From: a bacterium
GTDB taxonomy: Bacteria; Patescibacteriota; Gracilibacteria; JAHISY01
Assembly: GCA_021779375.1 (NCBI GenBank)
Contig: JAJYAT010000001.1
Location: 40,724 to 104,723 of the forward strand
Direction of reading: 5' to 3'
DNA: 64,000 nucleotides
Shown: positions 1 to 9,962 of the stretch, in pieces
How the letters are laid out: every line of letters starts with the position of its first letter
Numbering within the stretch: the stretch's first letter is position 1
Made by a program: the position numbers and the translations under genes
Notes under the pieces: generated by a model
Database searches by the model: none
Seen by the model: the letters and a program-made list of their open reading frames with translations, nothing else
What the model was told of the DNA's origin: nothing

Positions 1-722
1 AGCGGAGTGAGATTTTGGTTGAGAATTTTGCAAAAGAGCAGCGCATTGAAAATCGCGTGCAAAATTACGGCGAGTAAAAAACCCTCCAGCACGACCTCAC
101 CGGAAGTGTGACCGTGCGCCGAATCACGGCGCGGCAGAAGGTGAAAAATCGTGATATGCAGCGGTCGACGCAGCACTTTGCCAAAATTGGAGAAAAAATT
201 CGCAAGCGGTTTTTCGTGCTTTTTGAGCGGCACGATTTTTTTGGCGACATAGGCAGTCGCGTAGAAATAACCGAAAGTACCTGTAAAAATAGTGTGTGCG
301 AGCACCGTCCCGAGCGAGCGGAAAATGTAGACTGCCCAAAAACTGGGTGCACCTGTCGTCTGCCAGAAGTAAAAAATATTTTCGACGAAGGCGAAACCAA
401 GCGCGATGATGAGCGCGAATTCGAAACCGTCCTCCCATTTGTCGAAGTGTGCGCGATTAAGCTCTGTGCCGAGTATTAGCGCGAGTGCTTTCAGACTCTC
501 TTCAAGCAGCGCGAAAACTAGAATCAAAACTAATGGCGGAAAATTAAAGTTGAAACCGCGCAGCGCGAAGAGCGGCAGTGCCGCAGCAATGCCGAAGAAA
601 AAAAGCTGCACAAGCACGTGCGTCGGCTCCGGCTCAGCCAATCTTCTGCGCCAAAAAATCACCCACAAAACTACGGGCGGAAATGCGATGAGGACGAGAC
701 TGGTGAGCGAGTGGTCTGCCAA
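1..722 (-). CDS. PrsW-family intramembrane metalloprotease (C-terminus lies outside the window; absent from the ORF track)
   Basis: Hand translation of the minus frame with codons at 720-722, 717-719 ... 3-5 is open for all 240 codons. Product: (TTG)ADHSLTSLVLIAFPPVVLWVIFWRRRLAEPEPTHVLVQLFFFGIAAALPLFAL...VFALLEESLKALALILG...DGFEFALIIALGFAFVENIFYFW...LGTVLAHTIFTGTFGYFYA...HAIFNALLF. It is multi-TM with EExxK, FxxxEN and H-x3-F motifs as in PrsW-type proteases. It has no Met and no in-window stop, which explains its absence from the track. TTG at 720-722 is the first start after an in-frame TAA and overlaps the last 17 codons of the giant gene. Confidence 0.7.
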   Translation of the reverse strand, partial: MADHSLTSLVLIAFPPVVLWVIFWRRRLAEPEPTHVLVQLFFFGIAAALPLFALRGFNFNFPPLVLILVFALLEESLKALALILGTELNRAHFDKWEDGFEFALIIALGFAFVENIFYFWQTTGAPSFWAVYIFRSLGTVLAHTIFTGTFGYFYATAYVAKKIVPLKKHEKPLANFFSNFGKVLRRPLHITIFHLLPRRDSAHGHTSGEVVLEGFLLAVILHAIFNALLFCKILNQNLTP

Positions 723-3700
723 ATTTCTCCCATTTTAGCGAATCGCAGTGCGAAGAGAATCGTCGCGAACAAGAGCAATATAATCGACCAACTTGAAGTC
801 GCTTCGGCACTTTGGAAATCAAGCGCGAGTAAATCAGCTGGCAAAAATTCTTGTGCCGTGTCGAACCCCGCAAGCGTGAGCGTGCCGTTTTCCGCCTGGA
901 CGAAAATACGGTAAGCATTGCCTTCGCGAAAAATTGCGCGCGCGAGCAGCGCCGCACTGCCCTCGCCGAAGCGCACGAAAATCTCACCATTTTGAGTCTG
1001 AATCACGAAACCGTCCTCGCCGCGAAACTGAATCGTGCCAAAAATTTTCTGCGTGTCGAAATCATTTGGTTTGTTCGGAGTCGCAATTTTGGTCTCACGC
1101 ATTTCGGTCGCATCGAAAGCTAACGCGATTCCTTCCGCCGGACTTTCGAATGAAAATACATCAACCGTCTTGCCGCGAAAATTCGCGATACGCACCGCTT
1201 CGCGCCCGGAATTATTGAGTGCGAGCTTCGTCAGGCTGCGCGGCAGAATTTGGAATTCGCCCGGCTGCAACACGACCGAATCCGGAATCGTGAAAGTTTT
1301 TTTGTTGTCGGAAATTTTCCAATTGCCGAGATTAACTGTGGTCGTGCCGAAATTTTGGAGCTCGATGAATTCAGCTTTGGCATCGTCACCAACTGGATTC
1401 GCGAGGACTTCGGAAATGCGAATCGTCGTGGATAAATTGCCATTCGCGTATTTGTGCGCCGATTTTCTGGCTCGGGAATTTTTGGACGTCGGCACGACTA
1501 GCAAATTTTCGGCACCGGGCGTCGGAGCGGCTGTTGCGATCAATTGCCCACCGACGAAGGCAAACGCGATACCCTCCTTTATTTTGGGATAAGTCAGTGA
1601 AGCAATCACGCGCTGAGTCGGCCAGGCGAGCGTCGCCGTCCCGCCGGAATTCGTCAGCGTAAGCCCAGTTTCAGCGTGTGTGAGCGCACGGAATTCTCCC
1701 GGTGCCAGCGTGAAATTAGTGGGAAAAATAAATTTTTTGCGACCGACCGAAAGTGTGAAGCCCGAAAGGTCCGCGACCGCTGAACCGAAATTTTGGAGTT
1801 CGATGAATTCAGCGTCACCATCCGCACCCGCCGGATTCGGCAAAACTTCGGAAATGCGCAGCGACTCCGCGAAAACTGGCGGCGCGAAATTTTCTGCCAG
1901 ACTGAAATTCAAAGCTTTTTGCGCGACACCCTCGAAGCCGCCTTGGTCGATGAGCTGCACGAAAAGATTGTGCTCGCCAGCCGGCAGCGCATGATCCAGC
2001 GCATAATTCCAGTCACCATTTTCATCGACTGGAACTTCGATGACGGCAAGCTCCGACTGGATGAAGATTCGCACGCGCCCGCCGGGCACACCGACGCCTG
2101 TCAGGAAAACACCATTTTCGTCGACCAAACTCGTGAATTGCGTACGCGCGATTAAGGCTAATTCGGCGCGGTATTTTTGCAATGCAGCGGGTGTCGCATC
2201 CACGACGAGCGGGTCAGAGCCATTTTCAATTTCAAAAAGATCAGGCAGTCCGTCACTATCCGTGTCGAAGTTTTCCGGATCGGTTTGATTTTCAATTTCA
2301 GCGATATCCGCGAGTCCGTCACCATCCGCATCCACGCTTTGCGGGAGAATTTTGTAGAAAATATTCGCGTGATCAGGTGTCGGAAGCTCTGTCTCCGCGA
2401 ACTTACCGCGGGGATTTCGGGCGAAGGCGACACCTTCCGCTAACTTCGGATAATCTAGCGAGTCGACTACCGCGCCATCGAAATCAAGCAAGGTGAATTG
2501 CGCAGCGGAATTACGCAACGACAGCAGCCCGCGAAAAGCGCGAAATTCGCCCGGCGCAAGTACAGTATTCTCTTCGAACTCGAAAGCGTCATCACCGACG
2601 ACGACAGTCCAGCCAAATAAATTGATCGACTTATCTCCGAGATTTACCAATTCAAACCATTCGTGGTCGGTATCCTTACCAATCGGATTCGGCAGAATTT
2701 CGGAAATACGAATGTCGCCCGTCGCAGTCGCAACTGGATCGAGCGGCGGATCTGGATTTTGGATTGTGAAGTCAGCGGCAGAATTAGTGTCAGCAGAATT
2801 TTGGCGCAGGAACACGCCACCGAGTGCCAGTCCGCGCGCATCGAGCAAACTTTCAGCCTCAGCTGAATTCCACTGCGACTCCAGGAATCTTGCCTGCAGT
2901 TGCTTAGATTGCGAAAGCGAAATATCGAACTCGCTCCGAATCGGCGGCACGGCTCGATTACTCCAGCCGACGAAATCAGCGGTCGCATTTTCGGAATCCT
3001 GGAGCGCGAGGAAATCATCACTGCCAACCAAGCCGCGCGCGGTCGCGTAAAAAATTCCATCCGCGAACTTCGCTTCAGGCGCATTGAAACTAATCTTGAG
3101 CGGCGCATCGACCGCAATCAGCGCCTCAGCCGGGAAAGTGAAAATTGCTTCTCCTAAGCTATTTTTGAGCGAGAAGCCACCGAGTGCGACCGGCGCCACG
3201 CAATCCAGACAAGTGATTTCGACGAAATCGCCCGTGGGATTTTTGGGTGCGACGGCGGAAATTTGGAAATGGAAATCACTCGCGCGCACTGGTCGCGGAG
3301 AGTTCTTACGTCCAAGTGTCGCGAAAATTGTCTTGAACCAATCCGCCACAGAATTGCTGTCTGACAAATCAGGATCGCGCGCAATCACAGTCTCACGCTC
3401 AATATCAGCTGAATCAATCGCATCCATCATTTCCGAAGAAATCCAGCCGCCACCTGCGACGATTTCGCGCAGATCCGCCTCCTCGCCTGACGACCATGCC
3501 CCGTTGCGATTTTCCCAAACGACAGCGTCTTCAATCGCACCGGTCGAATCACGCAGCGTCACCTGCTCATCCGTCGCAGTCAATCCGCTTCTGGCGGAGA
3601 AAATTTTGGTGAAACCGTCGCCGTGCCAGATATTTACGGGCGTCGCCGACTTGAATTCGAGTACGAGCAATTCACCCGTTTTTAGTTTGGTGTTTTGGGG

Positions 3701-6520
3701 AATGGTTTTGAGACGTTTGTCCGACTCGAAATAAAATCCGCCAAGGTCGATGCCGCTGCCACCGTTGCCATCATTCACAACCATGATTTCGATCCAGTCT
3801 GCTGCCGAGTCAAAAGAAACTTCGGTAATTTTAAGTTCAACTCGCTCGGCGGAAACTGAATCGAAAATCGGTTCGTCCGCAACTGTGTTCGCATTCGCAT
3901 TCGCGACAGTCGCAGTGCCACCTCCACCACTGCACGGCGCGACAGTGAAATTTTGCAGCGCCTCCGCAGTCGCACCGAGGGTATCCGTCACAGTCAGAGA
4001 AACTGCATAATCACCGGGCGCGAAATAAAATCCGCCTGGATTTTCTTCATCAGAAATTTCTCCGTTGCCGAAATCCCATTCGAAGGAAAGCGTATCGCCA
4101 TCCGGGTCAGTTGAATTCTCTGCAGTCAAATTAACAAAAAGCGCACACTCGCCATTTGAATTACCCGAGCCTTGAATCGTAATCGCAGCAATCGGTGGCA
4201 GATTGGTTTCAATGTTTTGTGCATTTTTGGTCGGATGCCAAAACTCTGTCCACCTAGCTAAATCAGTAAAATCGCGCCCGAACGATTTGCCTTCTAGTGC
4301 CACGGAATATTTTCTGGAATCGACAGTCGCATCGGCAGAATTTCGAAGGATAATCTCGCCGCCCGCGTTCGTCAGTCCTGTGAGATTATCCAGCACGAAA
4401 AATCCGCCCGGCTCGATCAAGCCCGCAATCGGCGTGCCGTTGATTTTGAAACCGTCGAGTGAGATTGCTGACTCAGTCGGATTAAAAAGTTCAATCCACT
4501 CGTGACCATCGTCCGCCCCGACTGGATTCGGCGCAAACTCATTGATGACGAGATGATTCTGAACTGACAGGTTCAAAGAACTGGAATCATTTTCCGGTAG
4601 CTCGTCGGCTGGAAATTCTAATGTCGCGGAAATCGCGAACTCTCCCGCTACGAAAATCTGGGAGAAAGTTTTTTCAAGCGTCGCGAAACTGGCCAAATCT
4701 AAAATTTGTTCACGCGCAACTTCGGACTCGCCAATTTTCCAAACGAGCTCACCGCTTGCGGAATGCAAACCGCGATTCTCTATTTTTGCTGTAAAAATAG
4801 TGGTTTCTCCGGGAAGTGGATTTTCAGAACTCGCGGAAATCGAGACAAGCGCGAGGTCGTCGTCGCGGAAATTGGCAGCGCGTGGCGTACCATCGACTTC
4901 GAAACTCGTGCGAAAAGTGTTCGCATCGACGCGCGCAAGCGTCCTGCGTGAATCCGCGTCACCGCCGATTTTCCAAGCATCCGAACCATCGACTCTGTCA
5001 ATTTCAGAATTAGCAGAGTCGAAAAGCCGAAGAATTTCTCCGTCGTTTGAAATGCTACCCGTAAAAATTTGGTCAGCGGGAACATCAGGCACGGTCAAAT
5101 CATCAGTGCGCTCAAGGAGAAAAAATCCGCCGGGCTGAATTTCTCCGACAAGCAAAATTTCGGGTGCGCCATCGTCCGCCAAAATTCTCCAACCGGTGAG
5201 ATCAAAAATTTTATTGGTCGTCGTGTTCCGAAGCTCGATCCACTCATCGGTCGAAGAAGTCGTCGAACCAGCCCAGGCAATTTCGTTGAAGATTAGTTCG
5301 CCCGGCTCGGCAATCTTTGTGACAATTGGTCCACTCGGAATTATTCCCGTAAGCGTAAGAACAGTTTCATTTCCAGCCAAATCGCGCGCGGTCAAAACAA
5401 AATCGTAGGAATTACCATTCGTAAGTCCGGTTTTTGTGAAAGTCGTCACGCTGCCCAAACTTTCTTCCTCGCCATCATTTGTCTGCAAAAAGTAACCCGC
5501 GAAATTATCGTCCTCGGCGACTGACCAAGTGAGCTCGACTTGCGAATCACCCGAGGCCGCGCTTAACGCGGATTCCACGGGAAACTCTGGAGCGAGTGTA
5601 TCGAGCATGAAAGTTTGAATTGCAGAAAAAGTCGAAGTCAAATTTTCATTGTCGATTGCCCGCGCACACCAAAAATATTCTCCATCACTTAACTCGGGAA
5701 ATTCTTTTTCAGCGAGGGCATCGCTGCCAACTTTTTCGGATAATTCATCTTCGATTAAATTTTCGGATGAACTGCAATCAGTCGGTTGCACGGTAAAAAT
5801 CCGGAATTCAATCCAACCCATTTCCGCTTCCGGATCAGAATACTTCGCGCGAAAAGTTTTGGAATTTGTCGCAGCGAATGGCGTCAGTTCGCTCGGAATC
5901 GCAGGTGGCAAATTTTCAGGCGGAAGCGGATCATCGTGATCCGGCTCAATAATTGGGGAATATGAATTTTGTGGCTCGGGCGAAGCGGAAATTTCGAAAT
6001 CGACAGAATTGTCATCCGTATCAAGAATGAAATTATTTCCATCGAATTTGCGCGCGAGCGATTGACTAGCGAGCGGATTTTCTGAAAAAGCCGTTCCTTC
6101 AAAAATTGTCGCTGTCGACCCGAAGCCAAGAGTGTCGACAACAGTCGATCCCGCATCAGAATACAAAACGACAGAATTATTGGCAGCAAGTGAATTCGTC
6201 GTCGAATAAGTCGCATCAGCCGTAACTGCTCCAGCATAATCGACGTGAGCGATTAGAAAAAATCCATGAGCCGGAATTGTTGAGCTCGCAGAAAAAGTTG
6301 TCAGCAAGTTGGAACTCGAACCGGTCGCCGTTTTTTTCGAGAGTCGCCAACCCGTCAAATTAATCGGCGAGCCAGTCGGATTAAAAAGCTCAACCCACTC
6401 ATCAGTCGTAGTTGCGCCAGCAATCTGAACTTCCGAAATCACGACATGACCGACTTCCCCAGCCCAAACCACGCCAGACGAGACACAAAAAATCGTAAGG
6501 GTGAGGAAAAATTTTCGCAA
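671..6520 (-). CDS. Giant (1949 aa) secreted, C-terminally anchored surface protein with at least 8 lamin-tail-domain (LTD) type repeats plus FN3-, PKD- and TSP3-like modules
   Basis: TTG start. Signal peptide MRKFFLTLTIFCVSSGVVWA. Repeated LTD signature, e.g. ISEVQIAGATTTDEWVELFNPTGSPINLTGWRL, VINEFAPNPVGADDGHEWIELFNPTESAISLDGFKI, RISEILPNPIGKDTDHEWFELVNLGDKSINLFGWTV, RISEVLANPVGDDAKAEFIELQNFGTTTVNLGNWKI. PKD-like segment DPDGDTLSFEWDFGNGE...YAVSLTVTD (about nt 3975-4135). Ca-binding-type D-rich repeats DADGDGLADIAEIENQTDPENFDTDSDGLPD (about nt 2212-2336). C-terminal hydrophobic anchor WSIILLLFATILFALRF. Confidence 0.85.
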   Translation of the reverse strand: MRKFFLTLTIFCVSSGVVWAGEVGHVVISEVQIAGATTTDEWVELFNPTGSPINLTGWRLSKKTATGSSSNLLTTFSASSTIPAHGFFLIAHVDYAGAVTADATYSTTNSLAANNSVVLYSDAGSTVVDTLGFGSTATIFEGTAFSENPLASQSLARKFDGNNFILDTDDNSVDFEISASPEPQNSYSPIIEPDHDDPLPPENLPPAIPSELTPFAATNSKTFRAKYSDPEAEMGWIEFRIFTVQPTDCSSSENLIEDELSEKVGSDALAEKEFPELSDGEYFWCARAIDNENLTSTFSAIQTFMLDTLAPEFPVESALSAASGDSQVELTWSVAEDDNFAGYFLQTNDGEEESLGSVTTFTKTGLTNGNSYDFVLTARDLAGNETVLTLTGIIPSGPIVTKIAEPGELIFNEIAWAGSTTSSTDEWIELRNTTTNKIFDLTGWRILADDGAPEILLVGEIQPGGFFLLERTDDLTVPDVPADQIFTGSISNDGEILRLFDSANSEIDRVDGSDAWKIGGDADSRRTLARVDANTFRTSFEVDGTPRAANFRDDDLALVSISASSENPLPGETTIFTAKIENRGLHSASGELVWKIGESEVAREQILDLASFATLEKTFSQIFVAGEFAISATLEFPADELPENDSSSLNLSVQNHLVINEFAPNPVGADDGHEWIELFNPTESAISLDGFKINGTPIAGLIEPGGFFVLDNLTGLTNAGGEIILRNSADATVDSRKYSVALEGKSFGRDFTDLARWTEFWHPTKNAQNIETNLPPIAAITIQGSGNSNGECALFVNLTAENSTDPDGDTLSFEWDFGNGEISDEENPGGFYFAPGDYAVSLTVTDTLGATAEALQNFTVAPCSGGGGTATVANANANTVADEPIFDSVSAERVELKITEVSFDSAADWIEIMVVNDGNGGSGIDLGGFYFESDKRLKTIPQNTKLKTGELLVLEFKSATPVNIWHGDGFTKIFSARSGLTATDEQVTLRDSTGAIEDAVVWENRNGAWSSGEEADLREIVAGGGWISSEMMDAIDSADIERETVIARDPDLSDSNSVADWFKTIFATLGRKNSPRPVRASDFHFQISAVAPKNPTGDFVEITCLDCVAPVALGGFSLKNSLGEAIFTFPAEALIAVDAPLKISFNAPEAKFADGIFYATARGLVGSDDFLALQDSENATADFVGWSNRAVPPIRSEFDISLSQSKQLQARFLESQWNSAEAESLLDARGLALGGVFLRQNSADTNSAADFTIQNPDPPLDPVATATGDIRISEILPNPIGKDTDHEWFELVNLGDKSINLFGWTVVVGDDAFEFEENTVLAPGEFRAFRGLLSLRNSAAQFTLLDFDGAVVDSLDYPKLAEGVAFARNPRGKFAETELPTPDHANIFYKILPQSVDADGDGLADIAEIENQTDPENFDTDSDGLPDLFEIENGSDPLVVDATPAALQKYRAELALIARTQFTSLVDENGVFLTGVGVPGGRVRIFIQSELAVIEVPVDENGDWNYALDHALPAGEHNLFVQLIDQGGFEGVAQKALNFSLAENFAPPVFAESLRISEVLPNPAGADGDAEFIELQNFGSAVADLSGFTLSVGRKKFIFPTNFTLAPGEFRALTHAETGLTLTNSGGTATLAWPTQRVIASLTYPKIKEGIAFAFVGGQLIATAAPTPGAENLLVVPTSKNSRARKSAHKYANGNLSTTIRISEVLANPVGDDAKAEFIELQNFGTTTVNLGNWKISDNKKTFTIPDSVVLQPGEFQILPRSLTKLALNNSGREAVRIANFRGKTVDVFSFESPAEGIALAFDATEMRETKIATPNKPNDFDTQKIFGTIQFRGEDGFVIQTQNGEIFVRFGEGSAALLARAIFREGNAYRIFVQAENGTLTLAGFDTAQEFLPADLLALDFQSAEATSSWSIILLLFATILFALRFAKMGEIWQTTRSPVSSSSHFRP

Positions 6521-6661
6521 AAAAAATAATCCTGGAGACTCATTTTTTCGTAATCAAAGCTCTTTTGCAAAATGAGCTGAGATTTCGACTTGCCAGAAGG
6601 TGAAATTTTGGTGAAATCCGGGAGACTTAATTTTGTGTCTCTTTACCGCTAAACTGCTCAG

Positions 6662-7888
6662 GTGATTGCGAATCGCCTCCAAGCTCGCTACCCTTTTGAC
6701 CACGTCCTCGGGATTACGATTGTGGGGCTCGCGATTTTTGGGCTGATCATGATTTCATCCGCGAGCGTTTACGAAAGCTACCAAGCCTACGTACGCCAAG
6801 GCATTGATTGCACCGCGCTTGATGCGAATTGCAATGACTTTTATTTTTGGCGGCAGGTGCGCAACATTCTCGTGGCGATTCCGTTTGGTTTGATCGCCGC
6901 CGCGATTCCCTACCTCTTCTGGCGCAAAGCAGCACCGGCGCTTTTTGTCGCCAGTATTCTCTTACTCATCGCGCTCTTTATCCCTGGTCTCTCGACAGGT
7001 TGGGGCACGAGTCAGAGCTGGTTGACGATTCCAATTCTGAATTCAGTTCAACCGGTCGAAATCGCCAAGCTGGGCTTAATTTTTTACCTCGCACGTTGGA
7101 TGGAAGGACGCAAAGACGCCATCGCGACAATTGAAAATGGCTTCATTCCTTTTGCCGTGATTCTGGGAATTATCGTGATTTTATTAATCTTACAGCCAGA
7201 TTTCGGCAGCGTGCTGGTGATGACTTTGGTTGCGACGGCAATCTATTTCGCGGCAGGCGCGCGCGTGAAGCACATCGTCGTCGGCGGAATCATCGCCGTC
7301 ACACTCGCTGTTTTGATTGTGAATGTCGGTGGGATGGATTATGTTAAAAATCGTTTCGCCGCTTTCATCGATCCGTCGCTCGATCCGGAAGGCATCGGTT
7401 TCCAGGTGAAACAAAGTTTGATTGCGGTCGGCAAAGGCGGAATTTTTGGCGCCGGACTCGAAGGGTCGACGCAGCGCTTCGGTTATTTGCCGGAAGTTCA
7501 GTCTGACGCGATTTACGCCGCGACCAGCGAAGCCTTCGGATTTTTCGGCAGCACAATCGTCGCCGGATTTTTCCTGCTAATCGCCTACCGCGGATTTCGC
7601 ATCGCGGAAGCCGTGCCGGACCGTTTCGGTCAGCTCGCCGCCGTCGGACTCTCCGCCGTACTCGCCGGTCAAGCTTTCGTTCACATCGGCGTGAATATCG
7701 CCCTCCTGCCTTACACCGGCATCACACTGCCCTTCGTCAGCTACGGTGGCAGCTCACTCGCGACCAGTTTCGTCATCGGCGGGATTCTGCTCAATATCTC
7801 GAAATACGCGAACATCCACTCGGCGAATTTTTACCGCGAACAAAATATCTCGGCGCGACAACGCACACAAGCGCGCTCACACTTTTGA
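6662..7888 (+). CDS. SEDS-family peptidoglycan polymerase FtsW/RodA
   Basis: GTG start, 408 aa, polytopic. Motifs LQPDFGS, FQVKQSLIAVGKGGIFGAGLEGS and GITLPFVSYGGSSL are typical of FtsW/RodA/SpoVE. Confidence 0.85.
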   Translation: MIANRLQARYPFDHVLGITIVGLAIFGLIMISSASVYESYQAYVRQGIDCTALDANCNDFYFWRQVRNILVAIPFGLIAAAIPYLFWRKAAPALFVASILLLIALFIPGLSTGWGTSQSWLTIPILNSVQPVEIAKLGLIFYLARWMEGRKDAIATIENGFIPFAVILGIIVILLILQPDFGSVLVMTLVATAIYFAAGARVKHIVVGGIIAVTLAVLIVNVGGMDYVKNRFAAFIDPSLDPEGIGFQVKQSLIAVGKGGIFGAGLEGSTQRFGYLPEVQSDAIYAATSEAFGFFGSTIVAGFFLLIAYRGFRIAEAVPDRFGQLAAVGLSAVLAGQAFVHIGVNIALLPYTGITLPFVSYGGSSLATSFVIGGILLNISKYANIHSANFYREQNISARQRTQARSHF

Positions 7889-7902
7889 GGTAAAATCCTA
7901 AC

Positions 7903-8427
7903 GTGGATGATTTTCCAGGATTGCGCCCGAATGAAAAAGTGTTGTTTGTAGTGCGCAAACATTGGGTGGCTTATCTCAAGATTGTTTTTAAATTGGCAGT
8001 CAATCTCGGCATAATCTTTTTACTGGAATATTTCATCGTTAATCAATTTCAACACGATTCGCTGACCTACCTGATTTTCAACGAGTTTCTGATTTTTTAT
8101 CTGCTCGGCGCCTGGTGGTTCACTTTCAATGGCTGGCTCGACGAAGGACTCGACACACTCATCATCACGAGCGAGCGCATCATCGACACGACTCAGTCCG
8201 CCTTCATCTCGATTGATATTTCCAGCGCCGATCTCGATGAGATCCAAGACGTGAGCGGCAAAGTCGCGGGCTTCGTCGGTGGCTTGTTTCACTTCGGCGA
8301 AATTAGCGTCCAAACCGCGAGCGCCCAAAATGTTTTTTTTATGGACTACGTCAAAAGTCCCGAGCGCTACATCGACACGCTGATTGAGTCCAAAACTCGG
8401 TATCTCGCGCACAAACACGGCCAATGA
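7903..8427 (+). CDS. Membrane protein with bacterial PH (bPH_2/YdbS-like) domain
   Basis: GTG start, 174 aa. The layout NEKVLFVVRKHWVAYLK, then two TM helices, then LIITSERIIDTTQSAFISIDISSADLDEIQDV...GEISVQTAS matches the YdbS/YdbT-type architecture. Its stop overlaps the miaB start (ATGA). Confidence 0.5.
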   Translation: MDDFPGLRPNEKVLFVVRKHWVAYLKIVFKLAVNLGIIFLLEYFIVNQFQHDSLTYLIFNEFLIFYLLGAWWFTFNGWLDEGLDTLIITSERIIDTTQSAFISIDISSADLDEIQDVSGKVAGFVGGLFHFGEISVQTASAQNVFFMDYVKSPERYIDTLIESKTRYLAHKHGQ

Positions 8428-9770
8428 AAAAATATTTTTGGCGAATTTTCGGCTGCGCGATGAATTATGCTGACGCGGAACGCGTCGCCCAAGTCTTAGC
8501 GAAATTGGATTTCGTGCGCACGGAAAATCTGGACGAAGCTGAGCTGGTTTTGCTTTTTAGCTGCGCCGTAAAACAAAAAGCGGAAGACAAAATTTTCGGT
8601 GAGCTGGAAAAATTTGCGCAGTGGAAAGCTGCTGAGCCAGGACGCCAAATCGGATTGACCGGCTGCGTCGTGCGCCAAACTTCCGACCAAGCTGCTGCCA
8701 AAAAAGATGAATTTTTGCGGCGTGCAGCGAGTCTGGATTTCGTCTGGCGCATCGAAGATTCCGAGCAACTACCAACGCTTCTTGCTAAAACTAAACAACT
8801 ACCAGCTACCAACTACCAGCTACCAACTACGAACTTCCTAGCAGTCGAGCCTCTGCGCCAAAATCGACGCCAAGTCCTAGTGCCAATCTCAACCGGTTGT
8901 GACAATTTTTGCAGCTACTGCATCGTACCCCACGCCCGCGGGCGCGAGCTCTCACGCGATCCAGAGGAAATTATGGCGGAATGTGAAAAAGCCGTAAAAA
9001 ATGGAGCGCGCGAGATTACGCTGCTCGGACAAAACGTAAATTCTTTTCAGAAAAAACCTGGCGCTTTCGCTGAACTTTTGAAACGTGTCGCAGCAATCCA
9101 GGAGCTTCAGCGACTGCGCTTCATGAGTTCGCATCCGAAAGATTTTGACGAGAGCGTAATCGACGTGATGGCGGCGAATGAGAATATCGAGCGCCACCTC
9201 CACCTCCCCGCGCAGCATGGGGATAATGAGATTTTGAGAAAAATGAATCGGAACTACACGGCGGAGAAATATCTCGACCTCTTGGAAAAATTCCGCGCGA
9301 AATTACCGGACGCCTCGATCACGAGTGATTTCATCGTCGGCTTCCCCGGCGAGACTGAGGCGCAATTCGAGAATTTACTGAAATTTTACAAGCAGGCTGA
9401 TTTTGACTTCGCTTTTTTCTCGCAATATTCACCGCGACCCGGCACTGCCGCCGCTGCTTTCCTGGATCAAATCCCAGCCAGTGTGAAGAAAGAACGCTTC
9501 GCACGACTGAATAATCTCGTCGTCGCGACCACCGCCCGAAAATTCGCGCGACTAAAAAATCAGACGGTCGAAGTTCTGGTCGAGAAATGCGCTTGTCATT
9601 CCCTTGAAAAAGGGAATCCAGAAAAAAACGAAAAGTGCGTCTGTGAAGGACGCAGCTCGGAGTTCTATCTGACGAAATTCGCAGGCGACACGAAGCTCAT
9701 CGGCGAGCTCGTAAAGGTCAAAATCACCCAGCCGCGCGAAGTTGAGCTTTTTGGAGAGATTTTGCGCTAA
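8424..9770 (+). CDS. miaB: Radical-SAM methylthiotransferase, MiaB-like (tRNA i6A37 methylthiolation)
   Basis: 448 aa. N-terminal MTTase domain (FGCAMNYADAE), radical-SAM cluster CDNFCSYCIVPHARG, and a C-terminal TRAM-like end (GELVKVKITQPREVELFGEIL). Contains a short repeat-derived insertion KQLPATNYQLPTTNF. Confidence 0.8.
   Translation: MKKYFWRIFGCAMNYADAERVAQVLAKLDFVRTENLDEAELVLLFSCAVKQKAEDKIFGELEKFAQWKAAEPGRQIGLTGCVVRQTSDQAAAKKDEFLRRAASLDFVWRIEDSEQLPTLLAKTKQLPATNYQLPTTNFLAVEPLRQNRRQVLVPISTGCDNFCSYCIVPHARGRELSRDPEEIMAECEKAVKNGAREITLLGQNVNSFQKKPGAFAELLKRVAAIQELQRLRFMSSHPKDFDESVIDVMAANENIERHLHLPAQHGDNEILRKMNRNYTAEKYLDLLEKFRAKLPDASITSDFIVGFPGETEAQFENLLKFYKQADFDFAFFSQYSPRPGTAAAAFLDQIPASVKKERFARLNNLVVATTARKFARLKNQTVEVLVEKCACHSLEKGNPEKNEKCVCEGRSSEFYLTKFAGDTKLIGELVKVKITQPREVELFGEILR
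8796..8830 (+). repeat. Tandem 14-nt repeat (ACCAGCTACCAACT x2, flanked by partial copies) inside miaB
   Basis: 8801-8814 and 8815-8828 are identical. Flanking CAACT/ACGAAC partial units are present. The repeat encodes LPATNYQLPTTN. It is related to the AACTACC-type heptads upstream of glmS. Confidence 0.8.
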
Positions 9771-9782
9771 AATGCCCGGCGT

Positions 9783-9859
9783 CGGGGTGTGGCGAAGTTG
9801 GCTATCGCGCCTGGTTTGGGACCAGGAGGCCGGAGGTTCGAGTCCTCTCACCCCGACCA
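9783..9859 (+). tRNA. tRNA-Pro (anticodon UGG), CCA encoded
   Basis: Acceptor CGGGGTG/CACCCCG. D stem GCGA/TCGC. Anticodon stem CCTGG/CCAGG with loop TTTGGGA. T arm GGAGG-TTCGAGT-CCTCT. Discriminator A followed by CCA. Confidence 0.9.
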
Positions 9860-9962
9860 TTTCAGGCTTTCACAAGAGCTAAATGGTGTTTTCACCGCTT
9901 TTTTGTTATGCTTGACTTTTAAAATTTTGGGTGTTAAAATAACATCGAAATTAAAACCAAAT

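Noticed and set aside
671-6520. Diversity-generating retroelement (template/variable repeat pair) within the LTD repeats.
   Set aside because: Nucleotide similarity between repeats (e.g. about 1340-1420 versus 1783-1865) looks like ordinary domain duplication. There is no reverse transcriptase gene in the window and no adenine-specific mismatch pattern that I could see.
9789-9962. The track start of the 859-aa ORF (9789), and likewise the start of the 272-aa ORF at 50266.
   Set aside because: Both N-termini are translations of tRNA genes (tRNA-Pro; tRNA-Gly plus tRNA-Arg). The real starts must lie downstream (9963/10008/10071 and 50410).
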